Source: Schmidtea nova | Lineage: Eukaryota | Length of the DNA stretch: 64,000 nucleotides | Direction of reading: 5' to 3' | NCBI GenBank assembly: GCA_044892505.1 | Contig: CM097883.1 | Coordinates: 360,778,001-360,842,000, forward strand | Part shown: in pieces, positions 58,485 through 64,000 of the stretch | Layout of the letters: every line of letters begins with the position of its first letter | How positions within the stretch are numbered: the first letter of the stretch is position 1 | The notes under the pieces: model-generated | What the model saw: only the letters and a program-made list of their open reading frames with translations | Database searches by the model: none | Told to the model about the DNA's origin: nothing | Position numbers and translations under genes: made by a program

Positions 58485-59852
58485 TTATTGTCCTGCGTAA
58501 TTTTGTGGTGCCAAAAGCTTTGTGAGAGCTTGGGTTTGTGATGAGGTGTATTTTGACACTATCAGGGATTTGAGATCATCATACGGGTTGTCTGCGTAAA
58601 GCGCGTCGGCTATTTTCGGGGCAAGCTCGGCTATCAATTCAGATGGTAGGCTGTCGAGTAGGTAATCGGCGCGTGATTTTGGAAAGGAAGACGTGCGCGA
58701 TTCGAAAATGCGGAACCACGACGAGGGTGTGCCGTCGGGATCCAAAAAGAACAAAATTGGGCGTGAAGTGGATGAATAAGGCGGTTCTATAGTGGGTCGG
58801 ACGCCTCCTAAAACGCGGCAATGAATTTCTATGATAGCATTAGGTGGGATGTCGGTGAGTGACGAAACTGGGAAACCATTGCACGTCATGTAAAATTCAT
58901 TCCTATTAATCAGATGAGAGGTGGCGATATCAGTGCGCAGATCCGTGAAAATGGGGATTTGGCGTGTTTTGTGGTTGAAACGCGTGAGGACATATGTTGG
59001 GAAAGTGGCGAAAGAATCGTTGTTGTACATGGTGGATTGAGTGGGGTTGTGAGCGTGAATTGTATTGAATGTGTCAAAAAACTGGACAAGGTATTTGTGA
59101 ATTTTGAGAAAGATAATAAAAATAATTTTAAAATTTAGTATGAATAAAAATAATATAAATAAATATAATATATTATGTAATTTAATATTATAAATAATAC
59201 ATATAAAATACGACTCGCCCGATAATCCCAAATAGCTGTTGCAATTGTTTTGAGAAATAGACGCTTCCAGCTGCCACGCCGCTCCGTTAGTGGAACTGTG
59301 AATCACACAGGAATAGGAGCCGAGGTCGAGTTTACGCAACGGACAAGAATAACTAGCAGTTTTGAATTGAGGATAAACTTTACATTGCATGGTAAATCTT
59401 TGACCAATGACATATTGTTCAGGTAATGAGACAATGTTGACTGAGTATTCAACTGATTGCCTGTTGTAATTGACACTTTCACGCTTTCCTGTTTCTACTG
59501 ATTGACAGAATGTAGTTCCTGAGGCTGGTTGAAATGTCGAGGCTTCCAATTCCATTGTTGACCCGGTCTCAGTAGTTCCTTTAACAGCGCATTTATAAGA
59601 ACCCGAATCATCTCGTCTCAATTGTTCAAAAGTGATGCTGGTGTTTGCGAATTTCGGCATGACGTGTGCAGCTACTTGTTTTGAGTCACTTTTAGATATT
59701 TGACCAAATATCGTTGAATTTGACGAAATTGAGCTCGGTACGACAATATGCAACTTTATAGAAGATATCTGTATGAACTTTAACGACATCGATGACGATG
59801 GTGTTGATATTGAAGAAAAAATTGAATCTGATTTCTTTTTTACCAAAAACAT
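58485..59852 (-). CDS. Chimeric frame: Ser/Thr-rich + Ig-like fragments + intron-like AT tract + UBL(LGG) + Gag N-terminus
   Basis: DDSGSYKC (about 59600), DLGSYSC (about 59315), IEIHCRVLGG (GG at 58803-58808), SWFRIFE...LDSLPSE...NPYDDLKSLI. The element's own start may be ATG 59030. Confidence 0.7.
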   Translation of the reverse strand: MFLVKKKSDSIFSSISTPSSSMSLKFIQISSIKLHIVVPSSISSNSTIFGQISKSDSKQVAAHVMPKFANTSITFEQLRRDDSGSYKCAVKGTTETGSTMELEASTFQPASGTTFCQSVETGKRESVNYNRQSVEYSVNIVSLPEQYVIGQRFTMQCKVYPQFKTASYSCPLRKLDLGSYSCVIHSSTNGAAWQLEASISQNNCNSYLGLSGESYFICIIYNIKLHNILYLFILFLFILNFKIIFIIFLKIHKYLVQFFDTFNTIHAHNPTQSTMYNNDSFATFPTYVLTRFNHKTRQIPIFTDLRTDIATSHLINRNEFYMTCNGFPVSSLTDIPPNAIIEIHCRVLGGVRPTIEPPYSSTSRPILFFLDPDGTPSSWFRIFESRTSSFPKSRADYLLDSLPSELIAELAPKIADALYADNPYDDLKSLIVSKYTSSQTQALTKLLAPQNYAGQ

Positions 59853-60042
59853 AATCGGTGTTGATTCAGTTGATAAAGTATTCGATGTTTCCGTTGAAAT
59901 CCTATTTTGATTGAATGGTGCAAGTGAATCGATTTTTGCGCTCGGTAATTGTCCAAATGTAAACCCGGTTGATGTTGATGTTGCTGAGTTTTGAGAAAAT
60001 CCACTAGTAATAAAAACTATTCTGTTTGCCTCATATATTATA

Positions 60043-60060
60043 TCAGGGTTTCTGACACCA
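60043..60060 (-). promoter_or_regulatory. Primer binding site, tRNA-Leu-like
   Basis: TGGTGTCAGAAACCCTGA begins 2 nt after the LTR; the first 11 nt match the common Leu PBS TGGTGTCAGAAG. Confidence 0.7.
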
Positions 60061-60062
60061 TT

Positions 60063-60565
60063 TTTAGCTGCTGCAAATATATTTAATAAGACAAAAAAAA
60101 TATATTTAATAAAGCAAATTGTTCTTTCTTAGCTGCAGATATATCATCAGATTTCACAGTTGATTTAGTATTCTTTTCCTTCACGAAATAGCTGTATTGA
60201 ATGCGCTCTGGTATATCAATGGTAGAAATATCAATCTTTGTGCTTGTAGCAATCACTGGGGTGATTGATTGTACCAATCGCCTCTTGTGCTCACTGAATT
60301 CCTTTGTACTAATTGCGTTCTTTTTCATTACTACATTCAATGGGTAAATTTGTGGTTTGCTTTGGGTTTTAATTAGTTCAGCTTCCATTTTTTAAATTCC
60401 TTTTTGCATTTTGGTTTTTTTAAGTCTGCTTAAAGTGCCATTTTTTTGTTATTTAAACAATCCGATAAATAAATTAGTAATTGATTTTAATATATAAATA
60501 TTGATATTTAATTAAATTGCTACATACAAATATCGTAAAAACATACAAATAACGGAGGCACTACA
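60063..60565 (-). repeat. 5' LTR (503 bp)
   Basis: Minus strand starts TGTAGTGCC; matches 56621-57123. Confidence 0.9.
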
Positions 60566-63500
60566 CTTATTAAATTTAAATTATTTATCATTTCAAATTA
60601 TTTTAATAAATCATTAAAATATTTAGTTCTCAGCTGAAAACACCTGACACATTGAAAGGTGCATCTGTCCATATGCAGGTAACCCTCTACTTACACGCTA
60701 TTTGGGTTAAATGATTAACCAATTCTGACGCCTGATTTACACGGAACCATTTAATAATGTTACTCGAGGATTACCTGTAGATACCTTGTAGTTAACCGCT
60801 TCCTTTATCTTTCGCTCTTAAAAATCATTGTTGATGAAACTATAATTCGCATACTTGTTTGGAAATATTTGGTAAGATGAACTGAGAGTATCTGCTAGCA
60901 TTTGAAAGATTTGTGATGCGAAAGGAAATGATTCTCTTAAAAACGCAGAGTTATGTCGGTAATCGTCTTCAAAAAAAACTAAATGAAAGTTTTGAGGATC
61001 AGCAACATTTAAAATAGGCTAGTCATTGATGATGAATAGAATGATTTGGTGGAGCAGCAATTCGGCCATTCAGTCCTTCAGCATCCACAGAAATCATCAC
61101 AAATTTCCATATGAGTTCCATGCTCTACAGAAAATTGATAAATTCATTTCTATGACAGTTTCTTTTCAAGCAAATTGTTATTGGATTAAACACTATTTAG
61201 GTGTTACTTCCTGCCACTAGAACCAATAATGTCTAAGGAGTATCATGGGTATGGTGGGATTTAGAGGTGCCACCAACCTTTCCGTAAACAGCTGCCTATA
61301 GTTCATCATGTTATCAGATACAGTTATTCAAATCTAGCAGATCCTAGTATGACCCAATGACCCAATGTACCATTTCTTTTGGATATAAATTTGTGATTTC
61401 CGCTCTGATTTCAAAAAAACAGAAAAATATTAATTTTTTTAATAACAAGTTAAATAAATGAAAAATTAAAATTGACGTAATGTGTATTTTGACAGGGATA
61501 AGGGTGGGTGAATTGCGTACCAATAGCAGGAACGCGTCCTTCCAATTTAATACCATAAGGCATTGCTCACTACTATTTATTGCTTAGCAAATCGTTCTTT
61601 ACTAACTTTGTTAAATATTGCGTATTCAATGCGTATTCTACCTGGGTGCGGTCAATCATCCTACAAATGCATATTCCATCACGTCTAACTCAAAATATTT
61701 AAAAAGTAGTTCTAGTATGGTTTCGTCTATGGAAACCCGTTTGATCTTTTGATTTAATTAACATTTACAGCTGTTTAAAGCTCTACATATCACGTACACA
61801 AGTTGATCCCACACGTCCCCGAGGTATATCTCTGCCCACGTAGGCACTAAATGTGGTGACTCTTAGTTTGATAATTCACGTTGTCTTTTCGTTAAAATTA
61901 CATAGAATGTAAAACTGAGGACATATAGATAAATAATTACGTGAATATATGATGTCTAATGTCAATTTATATAAAAAATCTAGAACTGACATACAACGGT
62001 GGCTATAGTTGCAATAAATAGTAAATGTTATAATAATTGAATACAATAAAACAATTATGCAATATAAAACATGACAAAGAAACACTTAGTCCTTTTTACA
62101 CATGATTATCGACAAGTCCATTTGAAACAAAAACAAAANNNNNNNNNNNNNNNNNNNNNNNNNNNNNNNNNNNNNNNNNNNNNNNNNNNNNNNNNNNNNN
62201 NNNNNNNNNNNNNNNNNNNNNNNNNNNNNNNNNNNNNNNNNNNNNNNNNNNNNNNNNNNNNNNNNNNNNNNNNNNNNNNNNNNNNNNNNNNNNNNNNNNN
62301 NNNNNNNNNNNNNNNNNNNNNNNNNNNNNNNNNNNNNNNNNNNNNNNNNNNNNNNNNNNNNNNNNNNNNNNNNNNNNNNNNNNNNNNNNNNNNNNNNNNN
62401 NNNNNNNNNNNNNNNNNNNNNNNNNNNNNNNNNNNNNNNNNNNNNNNNNNNNNNNNNNNNNNNNNNNNNNNNNNNNNNNNNNNATTAAATAATAAACTTA
62501 ATGTTGTTATGGTAGTTGTAGTGTTTTAAACAATTGTATTTGTTTGTTTGTTTTATTGTCTGAGTATTAAAATTACAAATAAATGTCAAAAGGAAAATGA
62601 TTTAATTAAAACAATTACCAAAATAATATAAATTTTATGAACAATCAATGGATTAATTAAGGCCCTAGAAATGATGAAAGAAGAGTTATGCATTAGGCAC
62701 ATTGGCAGCTGATCGCTGGAAGGAATGTCTGAACCCTTTCTTGTAACTGTTAATAATTTGTGTCGCCATTGAATGTGGCCGCGTTGTCTACTTTTTGTCT
62801 GTTAGGAATAAGGCTAATGATCTGATTAATATTTTTAATTTTTGTCATCTTTGATCTTTTATCATTTTTTCAGTTGAATTTATTTTCATTTTTAGACAAT
62901 AGACCAACATCTTTAAGCACAACTCGAAATTTCGGCCCTGCCTTAAAGAGTTTATGGAATCCTTTCAAATGTTGGAATATATCAATATAATGATCTACTT
63001 TATCAAATTATAACAATAAATATTTACGGAGATATTATATATTCGTGTAATTTATACACGTCAATATTTGGTAATATTGAAACGGGTGGTACCTTAGGGG
63101 CTTCCATTATCAATTATTATTGTATATATTGCATATAAATGCTGACGAATATTCGCCCCCACCGAATTGCATGCATTCCATCATTCAGGATGATCACAAA
63201 TCCAAACGCACCTCATTCAGGTACTAACATTGTCGACAAAACAAAAACAAAACTGACACATTGATTATAAATCACCTTGGATGCCATGCCATCATCATTC
63301 ATAATATTATAATTTTCATAATGACATAATGACAACAGCAGAGCCAATAATTTATAATCATCCGAATTCCAGTTACACTAATACATCGCCATTGTCAGCT
63401 CTCACCGATGCTGTCCGTGTACACCATAGTACTCTCAGACCTCACTACGGAACATAATACTTATATCGCTAATAAATCATCATTTCTAGCTGGACTCTCG

Positions 63501-64000
63501 GCGGGCGCACATTCGATTTGCATACGAAACGAATCAAAACAAAACAGTCGTTTCAATTAGAAATCTGATCCTTACTGACGACTGTTTCATTAGTGAGATG
63601 TCATTTCACTAAAATACTTATNNNNNNNNNNNNNNNNNNNNNNNNNNNNNNNNNNNNNNNNNNNNNNNNNNNNNNNNNNNNNNNNNNNNNNNNNNNNNNN
63701 NNNNNNNNNNNNNNNNNNNNNNNNNNNNNNNNNNNNNNNNNNNNNNNNNNNNNNNNNNNNNNNNNNNNNNNNNNNNNNNNNNNNNNNNNNNNNNNNNNNN
63801 NNNNNNNNNNNNNNNNNNNNNNNNNNNNNNNNNNNNNNNNNNNNNNNNNNNNNNNNNNNNNNNCTAAATAATTTTAATAATAATTATTATAATAATTATA
63901 ATTTTTAAGACAACAAAAATTTATTAATTTCAATTTAATAAATAATCAATAAATATTTTTAATATTAATTATTTTCAAAATATTTTTATAAAAAAATATT

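Larger units (their letters stand above)
56621..60565 (-). mobile_element. Non-autonomous LTR retrotransposon (Gypsy-type gag-pro, no RT/IN) carrying host-like sequence
   Basis: 503-bp direct repeats, CTTAT TSD (56616-56620 and 60566-60570), PBS and PPT-like GGCGAGGGCTAT on the minus strand. Confidence 0.88.

Noticed and set aside
60640-61400. Possible decayed transposase on the minus strand (LQGIYR...RVTCIWTDAPFNVS, vaguely P-element-like)
   Set aside because: Too degenerate to support a call without a profile search.
62700-63480. Short exon-like frames (e.g. MTTAEPIIYNHPNSS...) as possible 3' exons of the Fox gene
   Set aside because: No forkhead residues and no way to link them by sequence alone.
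8088-63871. ORF-track entries spanning N-runs (e.g. 8088-8613, 18666-19164, 34603-35020, 45710-46447, 62071-62529, 63593-63871)
   Set aside because: Artefacts of translating Ns; no coding evidence.

Overview
AT-rich, repeat-dense eukaryotic (probably invertebrate animal) DNA with nine N-runs; the organism cannot be named from the sequence. The centrepiece is a 16.8-kb Ty3/Gypsy LTR retrotransposon (19413-36246) that is near-intact and very young: LTRs of 987/986 bp differing by one indel where compared, 4-bp TSD AAAG, tRNA-Trp-type PBS, PPT. Its single 3229-codon ORF reads Gag (3 CCHC) - two ubiquitin-like domains - Bcl-2-like domain - signal/anchor - chuvirus-like class III fusion glycoprotein - TM - protease - RT - RNase H - integrase - hydrophobic tail. 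A second ORF downstream (cupin-like plus DEDDh exonuclease, one frameshift) completes what looks like an enveloped, cargo-carrying retroelement with possible apoptosis and ubiquitin modulators. A second, non-autonomous LTR element (56621-60565, minus strand) has a ubiquitin-like domain ending in LGG fused to Gag and carries Ig-domain host fragments. Two host genes are visible: a secreted PAN/apple-domain protein and two exons of a forkhead factor separated by a 7.2-kb TE-filled intron. The rest is Merlin, hAT, piggyBac, mariner, pogo/Tigger, Penelope-like and LINE debris, plus a family of (AT)n-flanked elements sharing a covarying hairpin. All domain calls come from motif recognition by eye; no searches were run.
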